Shown piece after piece: positions 1 through 12,779 of a DNA stretch of 64,000 nucleotides (position 1 is its first letter; the number at the start of each line of letters is the position of its first letter). The DNA comes from Pecten maximus (Eukaryota). The DNA is taken from contig NC_047015.1 of assembly GCF_902652985.1 (NCBI RefSeq), positions 17,732,001 through 17,796,000 of the forward strand, given 5' to 3'. The position numbers and the translations under genes are program-made. The notes beneath the pieces are model-generated. The model did no database searches, was not told the origin of the DNA, and worked only from the letters and a program-made list of their open reading frames with translations.

Positions 1-1814
1 CACTCAACCTGCAGGAAGATAGCTTTAATTACTTTTCATTCCTTTGATAATTGTGATCAATGTAAATTTTTTTAAATGTGAAAATAGTCATCTGCGTTCA
101 GTATAAAAGGGCTGAATTGATATGATTTTAAACTGTATATGTGAGGTTCACAGCACTGTTGCTAAGTAAGGTAAACTACAGCAGTAATCAGGCTATTTCT
201 ACACTCATTATGAAATTGCTAAAATTTGATCATTACTGAATGTAAAAATATCCTGAATATTTAATGAAAAAAATAATGCTAAAAATGTTAATCAAACTTG
301 AAAATAGATGTAAGGATGGTGGGTAAAAATGGAGTTTATAAAATAGCCCTATACAACCCTGACACTGGTGACGGTGGAGCTTGTAGACATGGATGTATTT
401 AATGTCTAGGGTGGGGTTAGCCACCTTTGTTTCAGGCCCATCTTGTCCTGGTCTCTCAGACACACTCCTGCTCACAGACCTGGATAACCCCCTCCCCACC
501 TGTTTTCATTGTCACAGCTGGTGTTCCTGCCCATAGTACAGTATCCCTGTTATATGTGACAGAGGTCAATAATTGCTCCCTTCTTTCTAAGATGGGGCTC
601 ATCATCTCCCTCCTGATAATGCAGTTGTGGCCTCCCCTGTGTATATGGCCATCAGTAATAACTGTCCTCATCACCAGTAATAATGACTTACATGGCACCA
701 GAACAACCTGTTAGGACCCTTGTATCTCTTCAACAGTAACATTTCGTTAACACCTCAGACCAATCAATATCTGAAAATTTAAATTATTTCTTTACATAAA
801 ATTTCAGCTGAAACATGCCCAGCTGCAGTTCATTTGTGAAGCAATAGAGTGCATATAATTGTGAGGGTATGGACTGGAAGCCACTTGACAGTCTTTCATC
901 CTCCATCTCACATTTCCTCAAGTTTTCATGTTCCTGGACTTCTAAAGTGATGTTAGTGGGGTTTGTCAAATCTCTAGAAGGCCATATTTTTAGGAACTGC
1001 CTTACAACAAAGGGAGATATGTTAATGAGTGTTGTGTTTTAATTAAGGAATGGGAGAAACTTGGGCAACTTGATAAGAAAATGACAAGTGCCCATGAAGT
1101 ACACTTGTAACCCTGCAAGTCTGGTTTTAATGGAGCATCTTGTAGAGAATCGTTTTTACTAGAGAGCGTATCAAAGGGAGCTAAATTTATTTTCTTTATA
1201 CTCTTATCAGCTGTTCTTTTCCGTGTTGTTGTCTTGTAGTAAATGCAATACCAAAGAGGAAAGGAAATGAATTTCTCTGAAATACTCTTCGAAGAAAATT
1301 TGCCAGAGAAACATCAAAAAAGGTTGTAATCGATGTACATGGGACTTTCTTTTTACTCATCAGGAAAACGTGTGATTTACCACAATAATTGAGAAGAATT
1401 ACGAGCAATAACAAGTTAGTTTATAAATGTAATGTAGCTTTGATATTTGGTATTGGTATGCTGCTACCTTTTAGAATAATGGCCACGACTTGGGCTACAT
1501 TGTTGTATTTAGACATGTGTAACCTAATCAGCCTCAGCCAGCATGTGTACCTCTGAGGACAAGTGGTTGTGAATTAGAATACCTAAGGTAGCTTGTCCTA
1601 GCCAAAAATTGGGAGTACCTGTCACAGAGCGGAGAAGCCCAGAATGTTATCATGTAAGCGGTCATTAAGTGGGGACAAACACCATATAAACCTATCATCA
1701 ATATTAATTGTTATGTTCTGCTTGTTAATTATGAATGTAGGCCAGCCAATTAATTAATGCATACAGTGATCATTAATTACAATACAGATCCGGTTGTCTG
1801 CCTTGTGAGTACAA

Positions 1815-2279
1815 ACTGTCAGTCACTATACTGGGGTGGGTCAGGTTAATGGAGGACAGACTAGTTATACTGTCAGTCACTGTACTGGGGTGGGTCAGGT
1901 TAATGGAGGACAGTCTAGTTATACTGTCAGTCACTGTACTGGGGTGGGTCAGGTTAATGGAGGAGATAAGAGTCTAGTTATACTGTCAGTCACTGTACTG
2001 GGGTGGGTCAGGTTAATGGAGGACAGTCTAGTTATACTGTCAGTCACTGTACTGGGGTGGGTCAGGTTAATGGAGGAGAGTCTAGTTATACTGTCAGTCA
2101 CTGTACTGGGGTGGGTCAGGTTAATGGAGGACAGTCTAGTTATACTGTCAGTCACTGTACTGGGGTGGGTCAGGTTAATGGAGGAGAGGACAGTCTAGTT
2201 ATACTGTCAGTCACTGTACTGGGGTGGGTCAGGTTAATGGAGGACAGTCTAGTTATACTGTCAGTCACTGTACTGGGGT
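1815..2279. repeat. Minisatellite, about 54-bp unit, about 8.5 copies
   Basis: Unit ACTGTCAGTCACTGTACTGGGGTGGGTCAGGTTAATGGAGGACAGTCTAGTTAT. Confidence 0.95.
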
Positions 2280-2666
2280 AAAAGGGGAGAAGTCCCCACC
2301 AGTCAGCGTCTAGTACTGGGTAAGGTCACTAGGTGATTTTATATACATGTACTTGGGAGGGCGGAGTTATAAATGTGTTACATGACACAAGATGATGTGT
2401 GTGCTGAATCTGTAGGCATGTCAGTTGAATACATTAAATTAATTTGACTTTTATTTGTTATAATTGATCACCTGCCAAAGTGTGAGTGTATCGGTACAAA
2501 ACTGTAAACATTTGCATAACGTATGTTTGATGTAGCCTGATAATATGATAGTATGACCAGAAGCGTCGTAAATCACATCCCGGCCGACACACAGGAGATA
2601 CACTTAAATAATGGATCACAAACTACACAATTCTTAATCTCTCAAAGCAGGCATATCATAATCAAA

Positions 2667-3120
2667 AACGACCCTATTACATTCCCTCAACTCTATAACG
2701 ATCCTATTACTTTCCCTCAACTCTATAACGATCCTATCACTTTCCCTCAACTCTATAACGATCCTATCACTTTCTCTCCCAAATCTAATACGATCCTATC
2801 ACTTTCCCTCAACTCTAAAACGATCATACCGCTTTCCCTCAACTGCAAAACAATCCTATCACTTTCCGTGAGCTCTAAAACAATCCTATCACTTTCCCTC
2901 AACTGCAAAACGATCCTATATACGATCCTATCACTTTCCCAAATTTAAAACGATCCTATCGCTTTCTCTTCCCAATCTAAAACAATCTTATCACTTTCTC
3001 TCCAGCTCCAAAATGGCCCTAGCACTCTCCCTCCAGCTCCAAAACAATCCTATCACTTTCTCTCCAGCTCCAAATGGTCCTAACACTTCGAATTCCCTTA
3101 CGACTCTTAAACGATCCTTA
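2667..3120. repeat. Degenerate minisatellite, about 30-31-bp unit
   Basis: Unit approximately AACGATCCTATCACTTTCCCTCAACTCTA(T/A). Confidence 0.9.
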
Positions 3121-6100
3121 CACATTATTTCGTTAATTTTTACGATGTAGACTGGTTATCTCCCCTCCATGCATTAGAGGTCTCTAAACGATGTCTTATG
3201 AAATGATGCCTTAGATCATGGGCCTTTGTTGCTGTATTGATCACGATATAACCATAAGTAACATTCCAATGACTGCCTGAAGAATTAGAGGCTATAGGAG
3301 CCCGAACACAATATATGAGAGTAAGAGACTACGTGGTGAAATACCTGTGAAGTGAGGAAGTCATTCAATGATATAGCCTGTCCGCGTTTTAATTTGCATT
3401 GATGATACTCGAGTGTGTCTTATGATGTTGAAATACTACAAGTGTCCTTCCTCAAATCGTAGGCCCGCTGTTATGTACACACTTGTCAGAAACGCTTTAT
3501 AGATAAGTGCTACTTACTCAAAAGTAATCATTTCTGAAAAAAATGGCTTTAATAGAAAAAACGTTCTGTATGTTATATGATGTTTGGTCTGCAGACTTCT
3601 CCGTGCTCACATTCTGCAAATGTAGAAAACGTTTTGAATTAAAACCTATTTAAACTGGCTTTGTGCCAGAGTGTTGAGTTGAAGATTTGAATGGCTAGAT
3701 TTCTCTTTGGTTTAATGTTTGCTTATGAGAATTTATTGTAAATAATAGGTTTTCATTCATATGTGTCAAGAATTTTAAAATATTTACAAAATGTTCAATG
3801 TTGATATAATTTATGGCTTACACTGCGATCTGTGTAGAGCGGGCTGAGTGTGTCGTTTTGTCGCCGACTGTTGGAGTTAAATAACCTCTGTCATATCATA
3901 CAGTAAATCAAGATTTGTGTCAATATGTCAACAAGGATTTGGACGAAAATCGTGGTTATTGCGTTTAATAGTTGCAGTACTGAGTATGGTGGTAGATATT
4001 CAAACATTTGATGTCTATAAAGTACTCGAATTTTCTAAATTCACCCTCAACATAACATGGTCAAAAGTAAAAAAAAATATCAAGATTTCAATTTTTGTCC
4101 CACTCGGTCACACAAGAGATCTCTTTACACAGTAGATATTGCCAAAATATTATTCTCATATACATAACTTAATAAACTAAATGGAATACTCATGCAGTAT
4201 TTACCATCGTAAACGTAGTCCATCTGGTAACATAAGCCTACTGCCGGGTACTTTTATCATCGAGTCACGGCTGAAGCTGAGATGCACAATTTTTGTAGGG
4301 GTTTGTTTACCTGTTACTTAACGAATAAAGAAGTAGACAAAGATATGAGAAGTCTCCGACAACACCTAGAAGTGGCCATTTCAAGTGAGTCTGGAGACTT
4401 GGGACAGGTTCCAAGGGTATGTTTACATGGAATTGACAGCGAGAGTCCTCAGATACCGAGCCGTGACCCTGTAGCTATGTAAAAATTGAAGTATGTACAA
4501 TGTGACCAAACTAGACTCCCACATCAACATAAATTGGCGGTTGTCTTTGAGATAAACTGTGTATGCTGATTTTGAGAGATTGTGAGAAAAGAATTGTGAG
4601 AAAAGACATCAATATGTCAATGTTTCGCTTGCCTCTGATGTCCCGCAAACATGCTCCATGGTTCCGGAAGTGAGCACCAACGCATAAAATCGGTGTGGCG
4701 TAGCAGCTAATTGTCAAAGAGTAATTTGGTTTGATGTGATGGGAGATGTCTCTGTGGCGTTGCTGTGATGGGCAGAGGAAGCTACTTCGTAAGATTTACA
4801 AGGGTTACTGGTAGATACAACAGGGGGCTGTAACGAGGTGTGAAGAGCAGCACCACTTCAGAAACAGGTGCCCAAGTGGGGCGCATCATCACCACGCCGA
4901 CGCTATTGTATAGTTAAAAGTACTGTTATATCATGGTTAGCTATCATGGACATCCTTGTATAGTGCAAATAACTTGTAAAATACAGCTCTTTTTGAAGTT
5001 GGACATAAAAAAATATACTGTGTAAACGGACTGTATGATGTTACTTGAAAAACGCGAGAAACATTTTACTTTTAGTACTAAGATACTCCATTTATATAAT
5101 TAAGGAATTAATCTTATATTCAAATGAGGAAATGTGCAGATGAAGAATGAGTAGGGAGTGAGATGGCTATACGTGTCCGGGCCAATGTCCACTGTTAACG
5201 AGCAGTGAGTTGTAACTGAGAGAGACGGGCCGATATTCACGTTGTATGACTGATTTATTAGCGTTGGAAGAGGAGAACACCGTTATATATCATTGGCGAG
5301 CTTTATTCAGAAAACCTCCATTCCGAGAATGATTTCATCTTCTTTAGCCAGCTATACATGACACTTACAAAGTGGGTATTAGTGTTGTGTCGTGCTGAGA
5401 GTGGGGTCAGGTCTCGTGACTGTACAAACCCAAAGGCTATCAGCTTCATCTTTCACAGGAGTCGCCTGACACCCCGGCCCGAGTGCTGCAATACATTACA
5501 TAACCTGTGTGCCTCCTTCGGTCATGTGACGCTCTGCTGGTTGAACTTTCCATTCATGAATCCGAGAGAAATGAGCTTGTCCCCTTCCCCGAGGTCTAGG
5601 TCCCTCCCCCAAGGTCTACGACTACACGACTCATCAGCATACGGATCCCCGTCATTTGTCAAATCGCCTGGAAAATCAGTCACCACATTTCATTGACAAA
5701 ATATCTTGTAGTTTCAAGGACTTTGGGTTGCTGAAAGACTAGAGTCGTAAGTGTGTTAGCTGTAAATGCAATACGGACATGGTTTGTTGTGTGTTTGATA
5801 GCCGATGATTTGGTAGGGGTAATTCCAATGCTGGCTGTGCTGGTGGTTTAGAGGTCGTTCCGGGCAGATCTGCTGTTTTCTATTGTGAGTGGAGAACATT
5901 TATGTTGATGTGATTATTACTCGATGTTACATCAAACACGCACGTTTACACCGGCTGAATACCATTAACGGATATCTACCATTCAAATTCAATCGCTTTT
6001 AAAATTTACACATTGGCTTTCTTGCTTCAGTTCGGTTAGAAAAAGGGGCAGCACAGTGCACCAGGGAGTCAATTTATTTAGCCGGAAATCCCTTTGTATT

Positions 6101-6647
6101 CCAATGGAACCACAACGATACCATGTCTACATAAATTTCCAAGAGAAGTAGTTATTCTATTGAAGAAGGATTCGCCTACAATAGAGATACAAAACACAAG
6201 TCATAAAAGTGTGCGGAGCCAGCATGAAAAGGTGGCTTTGAGGAGCCGTGCAAGTACAGCCATGGGAATCAGCCAAGGAGCTGCTCATGTTGGACAGTAC
6301 AAATACTGCAATGACTTCAAATACGTTCGGGAGACATCTTTAGCCTCACCAGGTCCAATCGTGATCAAAGAAACCCTAATTGAATTACCTGGTTTTTGTG
6401 AGAATCTGTTTGCTTATTTAGTGACGGAACAGTCACAAAAAAGTGTTCTCGATGATTTGTGATTTCTGTTTATCTCTACATATTGTCACCCATTCACATG
6501 CTTTAGTCCGCTCTTTACACCCACAAGTTAGCTGACAAATACCGAATTTGGTCAATAAACGCTATGTTACGCCTCTGTAGAAAGTCATGTCTTTGAACAT
6601 ATTGAGCATTTGATTTTGTTGTTTGTCTGGTTGACGAGAAACCCAGT

Positions 6648-6655
6648 TATAAAAG
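6648..6655 (+). promoter_or_regulatory. Consensus TATA box (TATAAAAG), candidate pri-bantam promoter
   Basis: Perfect TATAAAAG on the bantam strand, 2.3 kb upstream of the hairpin, followed by a GTAAGC donor-like site at 6814. Assignment to bantam is inference. Confidence 0.3.
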
Positions 6656-8817
6656 GTCTCAAATCCGGTTTTATTTGTATACCATTGACTCCCACTGTAA
6701 TCACCGTCTGGTAGGTCGCTTCCCCGGCCGTCACTTTCCTTCTCAACTCCGAGCCCTCGTCGCTTCTACAAATGCCAGCAATGAACCTGAGGTCCATTTT
6801 AGCTTACTCTGCAGTAAGCTTGTCCGAGATATTTATTTATTTACCTTAATTAATATACACCTGATATATATATACATGTGTTTTGTATTGTACTTCGCCT
6901 TGAGGTCGTTGATCCGTCGCCACTATTTAGTACGCAGTGTCCGTCAGGTGTCGTGGTACACCGACCACAGGTATATTTGTATCTAAAAGACAATGATGGA
7001 CCGTGGAAAGTTAATTGGCTCAGACAGTGACATTGACCTTTCATCCATTGCCCGTGTAATCCCTCCTCGTGATTCAGGCGTCTCCTCCTGCCGGGATGTT
7101 CTAACTATCGAAGTAGAGACTGCTGGTCAGATTATAGGGGTAATTCGGTGTAAAGGGACGTGTGTGATGTATATAATTAAGACTTGTAATAATTTAGCGC
7201 CGATATGAACATACAAAACCATGTGCAATTAAAAATGATTGATTAAATAACAAGTAAAGAGTATATCAACTTCAATTAACGAGATTTATCCTGTCGAGAT
7301 ATAACTGCTGAGTAATCGGACACAAGTGTTTGAGGCAGCCAACGTTCATTGTTATGTTGTCGAGAGTTAGTTTGTAACAATGTAAAATGATCATTGGATT
7401 GTGGCTAATTTAACCCAATGTAGTCGCCAAGTGAATTTTATATTGGTTATTACACGTGTTACCGACCAAACGAGAGATAGAAATAGGTTCCGTCGTCCTG
7501 CCTAGCATCCTAACGGCTATTAGTGGCACAGCTAGTGGCTTTCGTCATGCGACCAGCTTTGTTACATACCCAATTCCTACACGTAATGTATCGTGCAAAA
7601 CCTTCCCACGAGTTTGGTCTGTCAGAACATTCAGTTTTAGATTTTAAATGGAACGTTAGATGGCCTAGTGTCAGGATATTATTAAGATTTTAATCGGATC
7701 TAAATTTTGTGTCGGAGCCGTAAGATTGATAGGTGACTTAACACTACTGACCAGGCGGCTGCGGACGTCCACCCCGACCCGTTCAATCTCGTCCCTCTCA
7801 CCCAACTCGTATAAGGCGGTAACAGACAGGCGATCAGACATCGCCCACCCCTCTCCTGAATCTCATTGTCTCCGTGCTGTGTCGTGGTTACAGGCTTTGA
7901 TCTCTATTGTATTTTGGACGGGTATTTGTTCATCAGAGGTGAAACCTACTGACTACATACACAGAAAACAAGTACATATGTACAATGTACATATTTAAAC
8001 ATTTAAAGAATTCTACCACTTATAAGTGGCCGCATGCCAAAAGGTTCTTAAATGAGACAAAGCATTTTTAAAAATCAAATTTTGAAATGTAGTATTTGAT
8101 GTTGGAGTTTTTTCGCTATTGTTTGCGATGATTAACTAGTGTATTACATATTTCGTAGATTGTTCAGTAATATAATCAATAGGACATACCTACGACATTC
8201 CCAGTGATTTACTCGGACCCTCAGTGTAAATACACCCGCATTCCAAGGCTTGGAAACGGAATCTGTAAAACAGGGAGAGAAATGGGCAGCTTTTATTTTC
8301 CCATGATGCTGTAGGTTTACTTAGTAACATGAATGCTGTTTAGATAGGCTGACCTCTGACCCACGGTTAACGCATTAAATATTATGCTGCAATCGGGACA
8401 GCGATCTGTGGTGGATTTACGCCATCGATCGTTGAGGATTGCGCCGAGGATTGAGCCGTGTGATTTATCAGTGTAACCTACAAGGGTATCTCTACCAATA
8501 TTTGTTTTGGCTTGTAAGACATTATATACAAAATACACTAAACAAATAAACACCACCATGTATTTACATCAGTAGACAGTATCGTCTGGTCATGATAATA
8601 ACAATACGGCAAAATATAATCCGTCACAGTTTACCATTGTCTGATGAAACAACAGCACACGAGATTATTTATTTAAATGAGATCGTTACACAAATTATTG
8701 TTAAAGGATAAGATGACGACAAATTTATGTAATTGTTCATTTGGACAATTTTTTTTTTCTCAGTTTTTTTGTTCTCTTTTTCATAGAAACATTGATCTGG
8801 CTCGAGGTGACAGCGAG

Positions 8818-8885
8818 GACGCTTCTCCTGGACTGGACACTAAAGTGACGCTTCTCCTGGACTGGACACTAAATTGACGCTTCCC
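8818..8885. repeat. Short tandem duplication, 29-bp unit, about 2.3 copies, immediately 5' of bantam
   Basis: GACGCTTCTCCTGGACTGGACACTAAA(G/T)T repeated. Confidence 0.85.
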
Positions 8886-8915
8886 TTGACGACCACACAT
8901 TGCTGACTCCTCTAA

Positions 8916-8986
8916 ACAAAACTGGTTTTCACAGTGGTTTTACAGATAAATTTGATTTCTGAGATCATTGTGAAAACTGATTTTGT
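8916..8986 (+). ncRNA. bantam: bantam microRNA precursor hairpin (mature 3p arm about 8960-8982, UGAGAUCAUUGUGAAAACUGAUU)
   Basis: The 5' arm ACAAAACTGGTTTTCACAGTGGTTT pairs with the 3' arm GAGATCATTGTGAAAACTGATTTTGT. The 3' arm has the bantam seed GAGAUCA and differs from Drosophila bantam (UGAGAUCAUUUUGAAAGCUGAUU) at only two positions. Confidence 0.95.
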
Positions 8987-9024
8987 GACCAATTCCTGCA
9001 TTAGACCTGTGTGAAGGGACTGCG

Positions 9025-9200
9025 TCTGAAGATCACACTGCCGAAGACATCAGCAGGACACTCCACCCATAATACAGACAACGGGCGAACCAGTCGTCCC
9101 ACTCTCAAAATGCTTAGCGCTTAGCAAGAGTTGCAACTACATGAACCAATTCTAGGTATGTCTTGGCCAGGGCACAGAACCCAACGTTTACATCACAGGT
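9025..9200 (-). mobile_element. Degenerate tRNA-derived SINE (resembles Meta-domain SINEs of molluscs)
   Basis: The minus strand reads GGGTTCTGTGCCCTGGCCAAGACATACC (decayed B-box/tRNA 3' part), then ...TTGCTAAGCGCTAAGCATTTTGAGAGTGGGACGACTGGTTCGCCCGTTGTCTGTATTATGGGTGGAGTGTC. This resembles my recollection of that SINE central domain and was not verified by search. Confidence 0.5.
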
Positions 9201-10165
9201 GCGAACGTTCAACTAAAGGCCAAAGGTGAGGAAGTGTCAAGGGAGACATTAGGAAGACAAAGGGTAGTTTAGAAAGACGAGAAAAGATACGATCCCTAAA
9301 TTTAGTCGCCTCTAGAGGACCATGCGATGGGGCAGCATTATCACGTAACTGCACTGTTTTCACGACTGTTTGGGGGGAAATCACACGTTTGTGACAAAGA
9401 GAATTCCAATTCAAATGAAATTTGCGAAAGGAGTCTTTAAATCATTCAACTGCGTTAATTGTTTTTTTGATGTCATGTAATGCTCTTTCATCTTTTTCTT
9501 TATATATTAAATCTGATTAATGCAAAGATATGAATTATTTTACCTGGCTCATTAACCGTACGTGTTATAACCAGAGCTACGTAATACTGAATAGCATCAG
9601 ATCAGGGTGGATTGGTAAGTTTCGTCAGCCCAGTCACCATCAACTCCTAGTATGGCAGACTTCTCTAGAAGTCTCACACTCATCTATCCACTGAGGATCG
9701 TCTGTATCATCACATACATTCTTGTATATCTGTCACCGTGTGTAATTTTAATAATTGTGAACCTAACATACACTGATAATTGCGTCAATAGTGGAGTTAC
9801 AGACGACAAAATGCACGAGTGGTATCCGTCACCGACACCAACCACCATAGTCACCGCATACCGTAAATATAACACATACCAGTGGGTTTAAACAATTTTC
9901 ATCGCCTGCACGTGTCTTTCGCAACATTTGAAAATATAAGAAAGGCCAAAGACCAGTTAATCTTCAAATGTGACTTGCTGCATCTGTCGTTTGTATATAT
10001 ACAGGCATGACTCAGTCCTGGGAATACTCGAGTCAGCAGCCAGATTTCTGTAACACACCTCACAAGTCGGGTCATCATACGATTTCTGCTGTTAACAGTT
10101 TCTGTAGGGGTAAGAGTGAACAAATTTATTGATCAGAGACTTGACATAAAAATCCAATATCAGAC

Positions 10166-11080
10166 TCCCCCTTATACCCCATACTGAAAGTCTTAATCCC
10201 TGTCCCTTATACCCCACACTCTAATTGTCAACCCCTCCCCCTTATACCCCACACTCTAATTGTCAACCCCTCCCCATTCTACCCTAAACTATAATTGTCA
10301 ACCCCTCCCCCTTATACCCCACACTATAAGTGTCAACCCCTCCCCCTTATACCCCACACTCTAACTATCAACCCCTCCCCCTTATACCCTAAACTATAAG
10401 TGTCAACCCCTCCCCCTTATACACTACACTCAAAGTGTCAACCCCTCCCCCTTATACCCAACACTCTAATTGTCAACCCCTCCCCCTTATACCCCACACT
10501 CTAATTATCAACCCCTCCCCCTTATACCCCACACTCTTAGTGTCAACCCTCCCCCTTATATCTCACACTCTAAGTGTCAACCCCTCCCCCTTATATCTCA
10601 CACTCTTAGTGTCAACCCCTCCCCCTTATACCCCACACTCTAATTATCAACCCTCCCCCTTATACCCAACACTCTAAGTGTGAACCCCTCCCCCTTATAC
10701 CCCACACTCTAATTATCAACCCTCCCCCTTATATCTCACACTCTAATTATCAACCCTCCCCCTTATATCTCACACTCTAAGTGTCAACCCTCCCCCTTAT
10801 ATCTCACACTCTAAGTGTCAACCCTCCCCCTTATATCTCACACTCTTAGTGTCAACCCTCCCCCTTATATCTCACACTCTTAGTGTCAACCCCTCCCCCT
10901 TATACCCCACACTCTAATTGTCAACCCCTCCCCCTTATACCCAACACTCTAAGTGTGAACCCCTCCCCCTTATACCCCACACTCTAATTATCAACCCTCC
11001 CCCTTATACCCAACACTCTAAGTGTGAACCCCTCCCCCTTATACCCAACAATCTAATTATCAACCCTCCCCCTTATACAC
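10166..11080. repeat. C-rich minisatellite, 34-35-bp unit, about 26 copies
   Basis: Unit TGTCAACCCCTCCCCCTTATACCCCACACTCTAA(T/G). Confidence 0.95.
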
Positions 11081-11259
11081 AAAAGAGCATTTACCATTAA
11101 TAATCATAATGTTATTTGCCCAGTTATTGTGATGGGTGCTATATTGTATTCTGAATGTTGTAAACACCACCTATCATGAAGGAACTCGAGAACAACACAT
11201 TGACGTCTTTATCGTCTCTCGGTATCTAGTTTTGATCTCTCCCTACACGGTATTTGGAT

Positions 11260-12170
11260 CTAGTGTCGTACTGTAGTGTCGTATTGTAGTGTCGCGCTGT
11301 AGTGTCGCACTGTAGTGTCGTACTGTAGTGTCGCGCTGTAGTGTCGCACTGTAGTGTCGTACTGTAGTGCCGTGCTGTAGTGTCGTACTGTAGTGTCGCG
11401 ATGTAGTGTCGTACTGTAGTGTCGTACTGTAGTGTCGTACTGTAGTGTCGCGATGTAGTGTCGTACTGTAGTGTCGTATTGTAGTGTCGCGCTGTAGTGT
11501 CGCACTGTAGTGTCGTACTGTAGTGCCGTGCTGTAGTGTCGCACTGTAGTGTCGTACTGTAGTGTCGCGCTGTAGTGTCGTACTGTAGTGTCGCACTGTA
11601 GTGTCGTACTGTAGTGTCGCGCTGTAGTGTCGCACTGTAGTGTCGTACTGTAGTGCCGTGCTGTAGTGTCGTACTGTAGTGTCGCGATGTAGTGTCGTAC
11701 TGTAGTGTCGTACTGTAGTGTCGTACTGTAGTGTCGCGATGTAGTGTCGTACTGTAGTGTCGTATTGTAGTGTCGCGCTGTAGTGTCGTACTGTAGTGTC
11801 GCGATGTAGTGTCGTACTGTAGTGTCGTATTGTAGTGTCGCGCTGTAGTGTCGCACTGTAGTGCCGTACTGTAGTGTCGCACTGTAGTGTCGTACTGTAG
11901 TGTCGCGCTGTAGTTCGTACTGTAGTGTCGTACTGTAGTGTCGCGCTGTAGTGTCGTATTGTAGTGTCGCACTGTAGTGTCGTACTGTAGTGTCGCGCTG
12001 TAGTGTCGTACTGTAGTGTCGTACTGTAGTGTCGCGCTGTAGTGTCGTACTGTAGTGTCGTACTGTAGTGTCGCGCTGTAGTTTCGTACTGTAGTGTCGT
12101 ACTGTAGTGTCGTATTGTAGTGTCGCACTGTAGTGTCGCGCTGTAGTTTCGTACTGTAGTGTCGTATTGT
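11260..12170. repeat. Minisatellite, 13-bp unit, about 70 copies
   Basis: Unit TGTAGTGTCGTAC with variants. Explains the three repetitive minus-strand ORFs. Confidence 0.97.
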
Positions 12171-12779
12171 CGTCTCAGTATCCAGTTTTTGATATCTCCC
12201 TTCACGGTATTTTAACATCTCGTGTCCGGAGAACAGTATAATGGTTTGGTTGTTCCCCCATAACGTTATATGTGTCCCTCAGTATACCCCAGTCAGCACG
12301 TTGACCAGGATACAAATCCGGTACATGTGTATCTCACGTACTCACATCAGCGAGGTTCGTCCTCAGTTCGCCGTGGGAACCAATCCTTACGATTACCGAT
12401 GAAAGTTACCAATAAATATAATGAAAGAACCGGCTTATCTGTATCAAAGCACGTACGTTTACGTAATTCGGGTCATCAGAACAGAATTCTACCAAACAAA
12501 TTTAACTTTTGGCAAAATCGGGAGATGGAATACATGCTTTTCAATAAATATATAACTTAACAAAGCACACCTTCCGTATCCAAGGGTTACGCTCTCGATT
12601 AGCTTTCAAAGCGTTACACTTTTCCGTTATATATACCATAAATGGACGGACTACTTAACTTATCGTTTTTGATCTCCAAAGTTAATTTCTAAATTTACAA
12701 AAATTGTCCAACACGTCTTCAATACTTATTGAAGTTCATACGAAACCTCTACAAATACTTATTGTGAATGGACTCACTC

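Noticed and set aside
427-969. Short ORFs or exon-like segments in the CpG-poor left end
   Set aside because: Acceptor-like sites lead quickly to stop codons, and I recognise no protein motif.
11226-12218. Three overlapping T/Y/R/H-rich ORFs
   Set aside because: They are translations of a 13-bp tandem repeat that is open in all three minus frames.
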